NCBI GenBank assembly: GCA_021777495.1
Contig: JAJYDL010000001.1
Coordinates: 1 to 55,970, forward strand
DNA length: 55,970 nt
Direction: 5' to 3'
DNA from: a bacterium
Lineage (GTDB): Bacteria > Patescibacteriota > Minisyncoccia > UBA6257 > 2-01-FULL-56-20
The translations under genes and the position numbers were made by a program. Below the pieces are notes generated by a model that ran no database searches, had not been told where the DNA came from, and was given only the letters and a program-made list of their open reading frames with translations. How positions within the stretch are numbered: position 1 is the first letter of the stretch; every line of letters begins with the position of its first letter. Shown in pieces: positions 48,490-55,970 of the stretch.

Positions 48490-49602
48490 TCACTTCTTTC
48501 TGAGATCGACCGTCCCCTCCGGACCGCTCCGCGGGGCGTGAGGATGAGGAGGCTCGTGCGGCGGTTTCGGCCCCGGAGAACCATACCGTCCCATTTCCCG
48601 TTCGAGCATCTTTTTCACGTAACGCCGGAGAAGTATCACGAATCCGCCGATCACAAGAAGCGCGATCGCACCGTCTTCCGCGAGCATTCCCACCGGCAAC
48701 ACCCAGAACGTGAGCGTCTGGGACACGCTCTTCGTTCCGTCCGTGCCGTACGCAAGAGTGACGACCGCAGTAAAACGCCCTATATCCCACAAATTTCCCG
48801 GTCCCTGCCATTCCTCGCTGAACTTGCGGCTGCTCGAAGGCAGCACGTACCCGAACGTCTGCTCCTGATTCACCGGAACCGTCCCCTCCTCCTTTCCAAA
48901 CGCGTTATAGATCTGGATCTCCCCTACCGGACGCACGTGAACGTTGCCCGTGTTCGCAAACACGAGATTGAAGTTCACGTCGGGTCTTTGATAGAACCCT
49001 TTGTCCGTGGAAAATTCCTGGATGTTCCCGGATTCTTTTATATCCCCCGATACCGTGACGAATATAAGCGCCGAGATGAAGCTCGATATGCCGATATGGG
49101 ACCCCGCCGGAGCGCCGGATTCCCCCGGCGGCTGCGTACCGATCAGGATGCCGGCGTAATGCCCTCCGGGGGATGCGTCCTTCGGCACGGCTATCGAGAA
49201 CGGAATGTCCGCCGCGCTTCCCGGCGGCACCACCGCGGTGGAAGACCCGAGCGTTATCCAGTTCGCGAGAGCGTCGGAATCTCCCGCGATCGCCGAAAGA
49301 TTTTTGAATGTGCCGTGGCCCTCCTGATCGGAGGGCGCAAACCCCATCACCGTCGCCACCACGGGAAGCGGTGCGGCGTTCGTGTTCACCACGCGGATAG
49401 AGCTCGCCCACGCATCGCCGGGCGACGCATTGAGCGTGAAGAACGGCGGCGTGATGGTGAGCGACGTCGCATCGGCCGACTGCGCGTCCGCGCGGGACAC
49501 GAAGCACGGCGCTCCCGCCGCGAGCGCGATAAGGACGAACATCGCGCCCGCCGCGGCGCGGCGCATCCCTCCGAACATCATCGTGCGTGCGCCGTTATTC
49601 AT
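48490..49602 (-). CDS. DUF916/WxL-interacting-like membrane-anchored protein
   Basis: LTITPP...LANWI...IPFSIAVPKDASPGGHYAGILI; NTGNVHVRPVG; FWVLP plus TM. Confidence 0.8.
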   Translation of the reverse strand: MNNGARTMMFGGMRRAAAGAMFVLIALAAGAPCFVSRADAQSADATSLTITPPFFTLNASPGDAWASSIRVVNTNAAPLPVVATVMGFAPSDQEGHGTFKNLSAIAGDSDALANWITLGSSTAVVPPGSAADIPFSIAVPKDASPGGHYAGILIGTQPPGESGAPAGSHIGISSFISALIFVTVSGDIKESGNIQEFSTDKGFYQRPDVNFNLVFANTGNVHVRPVGEIQIYNAFGKEEGTVPVNQEQTFGYVLPSSSRKFSEEWQGPGNLWDIGRFTAVVTLAYGTDGTKSVSQTLTFWVLPVGMLAEDGAIALLVIGGFVILLRRYVKKMLEREMGRYGSPGPKPPHEPPHPHAPRSGPEGTVDLRKK

Positions 49603-50590
49603 GGTGGTGGGGATGCTTAAGGTCTATCACCTGTTTGTTCTTGAGGAGATGTTCGATGAGCTGGCGTCGACGATGATGCCGTTTCGCGTATTCGCGATGC
49701 AAGAACGATGCGGCCACGATCACCACAATGAGCAGCGTGATGAAGATTGCGAGCAGCTCCTTCCATGGAAGGATCCAGAAGATCGCCGTATCCGCAAGTT
49801 GCGCGTCCTGGGCCCCATAGGCCGCTTCGAGCCCTACTTTATATTCCCCCATACCGCCCGCTCCGTTCCATGAAGCGGTGAAGTTCTTGGTGTCTCCCGG
49901 TGCGATGGAGATTCCCTCCGGATTCACGGGCACCGATCCGAGGTCGTGTCCGATGCGGTCGTAGAATATCACGTCCCCGCCCGGGTCCGAGGGTACATCG
50001 CCCGTATTCTTGATGGCGTAGTCCACCACGACCGGGAACCCCGCGGACACCCTCTTTTCCGGACCGAAACTCACAAGCTGAAGCTCTTCTTTAAGGTCGG
50101 ATATGACCGTGAAGTTCACAAGCGCCTGGGGCGCTCCGTCGAGATGCTGCTCGGCTTCGGCCCTCGTCCCTCCTTCCACGAACGCCACGACGGCATGATA
50201 ATCGCCCGCCGTCGCATAGGGATTGATCGTCACGCTCATCGGAATTGTCTTCGTCTCTCCGGGAGCGAAGATCATCGCCCCGCGCGAAATCCCTATCCAA
50301 TCGGCCAGGAACGCCGGCCGGTCCGAGCTCGCGGGATCCGTAAAGGGCTGCGTTCCGCTCGCCGTGAGTTCGTACACCGACGCGAAAACATTGAGCTGTC
50401 TGCCGCTCGTGTTCGTGACCGTGAGCGTGTAATTGAACATGTCGTCCGGGACCCCGCTCGTGTCGATCACCGCGGGCGCGACCGTAAGGTCCGCGGCATG
50501 CGCGACAGGCGCGGCGCGCATCCACGCCGCGGCGGAAAACGCCATGATGGCGGCGAGGAGCAGGATCGGATGTGATATGCGCTTCATCAT
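49595..50590 (-). CDS. DUF916/WxL-interacting-like membrane-anchored protein
   Basis: LTVAPA...LADWI...ATAGDYHAVV; NTGDVP; FWILPW plus TM. Confidence 0.78.
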   Translation of the reverse strand: MMKRISHPILLLAAIMAFSAAAWMRAAPVAHAADLTVAPAVIDTSGVPDDMFNYTLTVTNTSGRQLNVFASVYELTASGTQPFTDPASSDRPAFLADWIGISRGAMIFAPGETKTIPMSVTINPYATAGDYHAVVAFVEGGTRAEAEQHLDGAPQALVNFTVISDLKEELQLVSFGPEKRVSAGFPVVVDYAIKNTGDVPSDPGGDVIFYDRIGHDLGSVPVNPEGISIAPGDTKNFTASWNGAGGMGEYKVGLEAAYGAQDAQLADTAIFWILPWKELLAIFITLLIVVIVAASFLHREYAKRHHRRRQLIEHLLKNKQVIDLKHPHHHE

Positions 50591-50603
50591 ATTCGTTGCG
50601 TCA

Positions 50604-53600
50604 TTAGAATACCGGGGTCGCGATATAGATCACGTTGTCGTTATAGTTGCCGTTCACCTGCGTCGGGCCCGCCTGTACGCGGTATACGACATTGATCGTG
50701 CTCGTGGCGGGCCCTCCCGAATAGCCGATCTCCGCCGGCGTCGACGTGAGCGCCGCATACGAATCATCCGCGGCGAACCGCGTCGATCCGCCCGAAAGCA
50801 CGGGGCTCCCGGGATGATATCCGTAACAGGCGGTGGAAGTCGCGGTGCAGGCCGATGACCATGGCAGCGGACTTCCGTTCGTCGCATCCACTCCCGGCAA
50901 GACATAACCGCGCCCGTTCATAAGCGGCGCATCCTGAAGTGCGTAGAGTTCGAATCCGTTCGGCGCGTCGGTCGAGATGAGGAGCTGCTGCGCCGCCATC
51001 GAACTCGTGGCGATCGTGAGCGTGCCGAACGAGATCCCGGCGGGCGTGGACGATGCGGTCGTCACAATGCCGTCGGTCGAAGTGCCCTGCGGCATGCCGC
51101 TTACCGTGAAGGTGAGGAGCGCGCCCTCTACCGCAAGGCTCGGATACGACGAAGTGCCGTAGAGCGCCACGGGCGATCCGGTCCCGTTGTTCACGAGACG
51201 GAAGAAATAGGTGGCGTTCGTCGTTGCGCCGTTCCCCACGATCGTGAATTCGTATTCGGTGACGGCTCCCGCCTGCTGCGTGAAGGTGGACGAGCTTATC
51301 CCCGACGTGTTGTGCGTGCCGCATCCCGGTCCCACGCCGCTCGTACAGGCGCTCGAATCCGAAAGTACCGCAGTGGAGATCACCGCATTGTCCGTGCCCC
51401 CCGTCGATGTGGCATAGCACCACTGCGACGAAGAGGTGCAGCTCCCCACCTCCGCCACGGATCCCACCCCGGACGAAAAATTGCTGTAGGTGGAATATTG
51501 AAGGGCGAACTTCACATTGCTCCCGGAAACATTGTTCGTCTCGGCCACCGCCACCCGGAGCTTGATAGTGCTCCCGTTCTCCACCGTCGAGGGCGCGACG
51601 TTCTCCCCCGCAAGCGGGATCACCGGCGTTTCATCGTTCGCGTCGCTGTAAAATCTCCAGTTCGCCGACTCCGGATTGAACGGCGCCGTTGTCACTGCGG
51701 GATAATACACATACGAGTCGAGCGGCGTGCCGTCGCTCTTCGCCATGCGGAAGCAATATGATGCCGAGGAGCTCGTACTGTTGTACTGAAGCACCCAGTC
51801 GTATTCGATGTTGTCTCCGATAAGCGATCGGTAAGGGTTCGCCGCGGACGGGTTTGCGTCCGCATATACGCCGTCGCGATTCGACACGGAAAGCAGCAGG
51901 GTGGTGAGCGGCGTGCCGTTCGTAACGCCCGCATTCGCATACCCGTTCCACGGTCCCGCGCCGCCGATCGCGCCCACATCGCTCCATGACGAAATCGCGC
52001 TGCACGATGTCGTCATCACCCCGTACTGCAGTTTGAACGCCTGCGTCGACGTGGGAAGGACCGCGCCGCCGAGCGTCACCGCCATGCGGAGACGAAGCAC
52101 GCTCCCGGACGTCGGCGGCGAGTCGGCCGCGGTGATCGCCATGTTCTCCCCGAGCGTCGACGTGCCCGCGGGCCACGCCGCGGTCGGCGTGAGCGCATTC
52201 GTATTCACATACCAGCGGTAATAGTTCTCGGCGAAGGTGGAACTTGCCGCCACCACGTTGATCTGGGGATAGACCGAGTAGGTGCCGATCGACGCCCCGT
52301 TGTTGGTCGCACGGAAATAATATGTCTGCCCGAATGTTGCGCCTTCCGTCGCCTGGATGTTCCACTCGAGCTCCGTGAATTGATTCGTATTGATCGCGAT
52401 CACGGGCGAAGGGGTCGTACTTTCCAGCATGAAGCCGCTCACGAACGTTGCCGCCGCCGGAGTAAGAAGGCTGTGTGTCGGATCGAGATCCGCGAAATAT
52501 CCCGAAGGGCACTCGCGGAACGCCGCGGCGATCGTGGAGCAGGTGGGATCGACGGGCACCGGCGTCCATGGCCCCGCGGTGGATGTCGCATATTCCAACC
52601 GGAACGCGGCGCTCGCGGCGGTGTTCCCGTTGTTCGAAAATTCCATGCGCAAGCGCACGCTCGTGTCTTCGGTCGTGCTCGTCGGCGTCGTTTCGGCGGC
52701 GCGCCAGGTCGCCGAAGGGACCGTGTCCACCTCCGGATAATTCACATACCCGTCGAGCGAGGCGCCCGCTCCGGTCATCATGCGGAAACAATACGCCGCG
52801 CCCGACGGCGCATCGTTGTCCTGCACCACGAAATCCCATTCTCCCGTGCCGTTCGCGGGAATGGGGTTCGGGTTCGCCGGCGAGGGATTCTGCTCTATGT
52901 ACGATTCGGGGACGGTGGAACTCGAGAGGAGCGTCGCGGTGAGCGTCGTGCCGTCGGTCGTGCTTGCGTTGCTGTAGCCGCGCCACGGCGCGGAAGATCC
53001 GAAGGCGCCCACATCCGCAAAGTTCGCCGAAGGAACCGCGCTGCACGATGCCGCGGTTCCCTTCGGGGCATACTGCAGTTTGAATGATTGCGTGGAGCTC
53101 GGAAGCGCCGCGCCGCCCACCTCGATATTCATCACAACCCTCACGACCTCCCCTGAAACGGTCCCTGTCGCAGCCGCATCCTGCGCAGCGAGCGAAGACG
53201 TCGGCTGGACCGCATTGATATTTTTATATATCTGGAAATCCTGCTGGGTAAGGGTTGCGGAAGGCATGGTGGTGAACCCTCCGAGTCCCACCCCCGCCGC
53301 GGGGCTCACGGTCCCCGCGCCCACCGTGACGTCGGTCGAGGGGTTCGCGATCGTAAGCTCGAAGGTCTGGCCTGCGGGAGAGGACGAGGCGATGTTCACC
53401 TGGGCGTAGATGCAGACGTTCGCGGTGCCCACGGGCATCGTGCCCGTCACGGTCGCCTGTTCCGATGCGTTGAAGGATCCCCCCGTCGCGTTGAAGAGGG
53501 TCGCTCCTGCGGGGATGCTCGAGGTGGCGCAGGTGGTCGCCGCCTGATAGTAGAGGGAAAGGTTCCCGAGATAGGCGTTCGCGTTCAGGGTGCCCGATGC

Positions 53601-54749
53601 GGTCACCATGATGCTCGTGATATTCGTCGTGCCGGAATCCCTCGCCATCGTGAATGCGCCGCCGGTATAGAAGGCGGTCGCGGGGACGGTCGTCGTCGCG
53701 AACTGGGATCCCGTCGCTCCCACGGTGACCGATGCGGGGGTATACGTGATGACGATGATGCCCTGGGTGCCGGCGGCGCCGGCGCCGCCGCTCGTACCGT
53801 TTTTACCTTCCCCTCCTCCGCCGCCTCCGCCGGATCCGTACGTGCCTCCCGTCTGTCCCGGATTTCCGTTCGCATGTAATGCGCCGCCGGTGCCGCCTCC
53901 GCCGCCTCCGCCGGATCCGTACGTGCCCCATTCCGTACCGGCGCTTCCCGCGGTATCCGCCGCGCCGCCCGCGCCGCCGAACGTGGCATCGCCCTGTCCG
54001 CCGACCTGGCCCGACGCGGTGCCGCCGGCAGCACCGGGACTTCCCGCCGCACACGTCGCGGCGCCGCATCCCGCCGCGCCGCCCGCGCCGCCTCCATTGC
54101 CTCCGTTATTTCCCCCTCCCGCGGTTCCCGCGGCGCCGGCTCCTCCGCTCATGGTCACGGTTCCTTTTCCGCTTGCCGCCGCACCGCCCGTACCGTTCGT
54201 GGAACCGGATCCTCCGGTACCTCCTTTTGCGCCCACGATCACGGCGGTGCCGGTGATGGATGCGCAGTTCGAGGTGCTGTTGCAGAGGTAGGTGTCGCCT
54301 CCCGTCGTGCCTGCGGCTCCTCCCGTGCCAAGGGTAAGCGATACCACCGTGCCGGGGGTGAGGGATGCGTTCAGGATCTTGGCGTATGCGCCGCCTCCGC
54401 CTCCGCCTCCGCCGGCACCCGCGCTTGCGGTAGTGCCCGCCGCGCCGCCGCCGCCTCCGCCAATCACCTCGATCGTGTTCGACGCGCTATTCCAGTCCGC
54501 GGGCACGGTCCATGTGGTGGAGGCGGTGCTCGTGATGAAGATCGTGCTCTGCGCCGCAAGGATCCTTTTCGGCGGCTGTCCGAAGAACGCGGCGGACCAC
54601 ACGAGCGCGAACACGAGCGCCCCGAGCGCCGAAGGGATGGCCGCTTTTCTCGCCGCACGCTTCATAACGGGAACAAGGTCCCTTATGGTGCGCCTTTTCG
54701 GCGGGATGCGCTTCTCGTTGTGTCGCCTCGGAAATTTCATAATCGTCAT
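50604..54749 (-). CDS. Giant secreted adhesin-like protein: Gly-rich domain, four YRW-type repeats, C-terminal WxL/pilin-like domain
   Basis: 1381 aa; signal/TM; WTVP...EVIGGGGGG...QGIIVITY; repeats with F(K/R)L(Q/E)Y...Y(C/Y)FR...YP; ends NYNDNVIYIATPVF. Confidence 0.85.
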   Translation of the reverse strand: MTIMKFPRRHNEKRIPPKRRTIRDLVPVMKRAARKAAIPSALGALVFALVWSAAFFGQPPKRILAAQSTIFITSTASTTWTVPADWNSASNTIEVIGGGGGGAAGTTASAGAGGGGGGGGAYAKILNASLTPGTVVSLTLGTGGAAGTTGGDTYLCNSTSNCASITGTAVIVGAKGGTGGSGSTNGTGGAAASGKGTVTMSGGAGAAGTAGGGNNGGNGGGAGGAAGCGAATCAAGSPGAAGGTASGQVGGQGDATFGGAGGAADTAGSAGTEWGTYGSGGGGGGGTGGALHANGNPGQTGGTYGSGGGGGGGEGKNGTSGGAGAAGTQGIIVITYTPASVTVGATGSQFATTTVPATAFYTGGAFTMARDSGTTNITSIMVTASGTLNANAYLGNLSLYYQAATTCATSSIPAGATLFNATGGSFNASEQATVTGTMPVGTANVCIYAQVNIASSSPAGQTFELTIANPSTDVTVGAGTVSPAAGVGLGGFTTMPSATLTQQDFQIYKNINAVQPTSSLAAQDAAATGTVSGEVVRVVMNIEVGGAALPSSTQSFKLQYAPKGTAASCSAVPSANFADVGAFGSSAPWRGYSNASTTDGTTLTATLLSSSTVPESYIEQNPSPANPNPIPANGTGEWDFVVQDNDAPSGAAYCFRMMTGAGASLDGYVNYPEVDTVPSATWRAAETTPTSTTEDTSVRLRMEFSNNGNTAASAAFRLEYATSTAGPWTPVPVDPTCSTIAAAFRECPSGYFADLDPTHSLLTPAAATFVSGFMLESTTPSPVIAINTNQFTELEWNIQATEGATFGQTYYFRATNNGASIGTYSVYPQINVVAASSTFAENYYRWYVNTNALTPTAAWPAGTSTLGENMAITAADSPPTSGSVLRLRMAVTLGGAVLPTSTQAFKLQYGVMTTSCSAISSWSDVGAIGGAGPWNGYANAGVTNGTPLTTLLLSVSNRDGVYADANPSAANPYRSLIGDNIEYDWVLQYNSTSSSASYCFRMAKSDGTPLDSYVYYPAVTTAPFNPESANWRFYSDANDETPVIPLAGENVAPSTVENGSTIKLRVAVAETNNVSGSNVKFALQYSTYSNFSSGVGSVAEVGSCTSSSQWCYATSTGGTDNAVISTAVLSDSSACTSGVGPGCGTHNTSGISSSTFTQQAGAVTEYEFTIVGNGATTNATYFFRLVNNGTGSPVALYGTSSYPSLAVEGALLTFTVSGMPQGTSTDGIVTTASSTPAGISFGTLTIATSSMAAQQLLISTDAPNGFELYALQDAPLMNGRGYVLPGVDATNGSPLPWSSACTATSTACYGYHPGSPVLSGGSTRFAADDSYAALTSTPAEIGYSGGPATSTINVVYRVQAGPTQVNGNYNDNVIYIATPVF
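52827..52979. repeat. 153-bp near-identical copy of 54908..55060
   Basis: Direct comparison by eye; 2 mismatches. Confidence 0.9.
53288..53406. repeat. 119-bp identical copy of 55852..55970 (runs to the window end)
   Basis: Direct comparison by eye. Confidence 0.9.
53425..53536. repeat. 112-bp identical copy of 55512..55623
   Basis: Direct comparison by eye. Confidence 0.9.
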
Positions 54750-55970
54750 TCGCCGCCGTCATTGTTCCTCCATCGATAATCGACCTGGAAAAGAGGCGGC
54801 ACCACCCAAATCTCGGGGAAATTGTTGTATTGATCGAGTGCCGTTCCGCCGCTCTTCACCGCACGGAAACAATATCCCGCACCGGATGCCGCACCGTTGT
54901 TATAAATCACGAAATCCCATTCTCCCGCGCCGTTCGCGGGAATGGGGTTCGGGTTCGCCGGCGAGGGATTCTGCTCTACGTACGATTCGGGGACGGTGGA
55001 ACTCGAGAGGAGCGTCGCGGTGAGCGTCGTGCCGTCGGTCGTGCTTGCGTTGCTGTAGCCCGTCCAAATCGTCGATGATCCGATGGGCCCCACGTCCGCG
55101 AAGTTTCCCGAGGGAACGCTCGCGCACGACGCGTACCCCCCCTCCGCCGCATACTGCAGTTTGAATGCCTGCGACGATGTCGCAAGAGATCCTCCGGAGG
55201 AAATGATATTGAGCACTACCCGGATGGGCGTGCTCTGCGCGATCGCGGTGGCGGATGCGTCCTCCGGAGCGAGCGGCGCCACCGGCTGCACCGCATTCAC
55301 ATTGGCATAGATGCGGTAGTCCTTCTCTATGAAAAAGGACGAGGGAGCCTGGAGCGTCGTCGATCCCGAGAGCGTCACGGCGGTCGAAGGAGCCACCGTC
55401 CCCGCGCTTGCGATCACCTCGGTCGATGGGTTCGCGATCCCCATGTTGATGGTCTGGTTCGCGGTAGCGCCCGACCCTACGCTCACCTGCACATAAAGAC
55501 ATACCGTGGAAGTGCCCACGGGCATCGTGCCCGTCACGGTCGCCTGTTCCGATGCGTTGAAGGATCCCCCCGTCGCGTTGAAGAGGGTCGCTCCTGCGGG
55601 GATGCTCGAGGTGGCGCAGGTGGATTGCTGGTCATAGAACAGTTCGAGGTTGCTCAGGTTGGCATTCGCATTCACCGTCCCGTTCTGGGTGATCATGATC
55701 TGGGTCACCGTCGTGGATCCGTTGTTCCGCGCAAGCGCGAATGCTCCTCCCGTATAAAATGTGGTGTTCGGTATGCTTGTCGTCGCGAACTGCGATCCGG
55801 TGGCGCTCACGGTGATGACCGGCTGCTGCACCGCGGTGGCGCCCGGTATCGCCACCCCCGCCGCGGGGCTCACGGTCCCCGCGCCCACCGTGACGTCGGT
55901 CGAGGGGTTCGCGATCGTAAGCTCGAAGGTCTGGCCTGCGGGAGAGGACGAGGCGATGTTCACCTGGGCG
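54746..55970 (-). CDS. C-terminal part of another giant repeat surface protein (5' end outside the window)
   Basis: Frame open to the edge; same domain types as 50604..54749; ends PPLFQVDYRWRNNDGGE*. Confidence 0.88.
   Translation of the reverse strand, partial: AQVNIASSSPAGQTFELTIANPSTDVTVGAGTVSPAAGVAIPGATAVQQPVITVSATGSQFATTSIPNTTFYTGGAFALARNNGSTTVTQIMITQNGTVNANANLSNLELFYDQQSTCATSSIPAGATLFNATGGSFNASEQATVTGTMPVGTSTVCLYVQVSVGSGATANQTINMGIANPSTEVIASAGTVAPSTAVTLSGSTTLQAPSSFFIEKDYRIYANVNAVQPVAPLAPEDASATAIAQSTPIRVVLNIISSGGSLATSSQAFKLQYAAEGGYASCASVPSGNFADVGPIGSSTIWTGYSNASTTDGTTLTATLLSSSTVPESYVEQNPSPANPNPIPANGAGEWDFVIYNNGAASGAGYCFRAVKSGGTALDQYNNFPEIWVVPPLFQVDYRWRNNDGGE

Noticed and set aside
54746..54790. 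Frameshift or pseudogene break joining the two giant ORFs
   Set aside because: The downstream ORF begins with its own signal/TM region and a different domain; the matching strand-less repeat is about 2 kb further in
52827..55060. Diversity-generating retroelement TR/VR pair (both mismatches are A versus G on the coding strand)
   Set aside because: Only 2 differences, AAC codons are untouched, both copies lie mid-gene, and no reverse transcriptase is in the window
1..55970. CRISPR array, rRNA or stop-codon recoding
   Set aside because: No regularly spaced repeats or rRNA signatures seen; conserved genes end normally at TGA, TAG and TAA

Overview
High-GC bacterial chromosomal segment. Gene content and the style of its secreted proteins suggest Patescibacteria/CPR, probably Parcubacteria (inference, not established). 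Both window ends fall inside repeats: an IS30 copy on the left and an intragenic repeat on the right. About 1-28 kb is mostly housekeeping: infC (ATT start), rpmI, rplT, a Nudix hydrolase, polX, a membrane-tethered Clp-like ATPase, family-4 UDG, a lexA-like repressor, truD, tRNA-Arg(CCG), def, a murE-like ligase, ruvA, rpsT, a holA-like gene, pyrG, a histidine kinase, a 5'-3' exonuclease and tsaE. Orphan genes and an intact IS30 are interspersed. From 28.2 kb to the end is a >27 kb co-oriented minus-strand cell-surface locus: 4 secreted proteins ending in a WxL/pilin-like domain, 4 membrane-anchored DUF916-like (chaperone-like) proteins, 2 dockerin and 2 membrane-anchored cohesin proteins, giant repeat proteins, an FN3 protein, a MacB-type ABC transporter and an Hsp20. 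The main hypothesis is a cohesin-dockerin-anchored surface filament assembled by beta-strand complementation. It includes an apparent split domain, where the last 14 residues of one giant protein match the strand missing from an internal repeat of the next. Many genes look leaderless. Domain calls come from motif recognition by eye; no searches were run.
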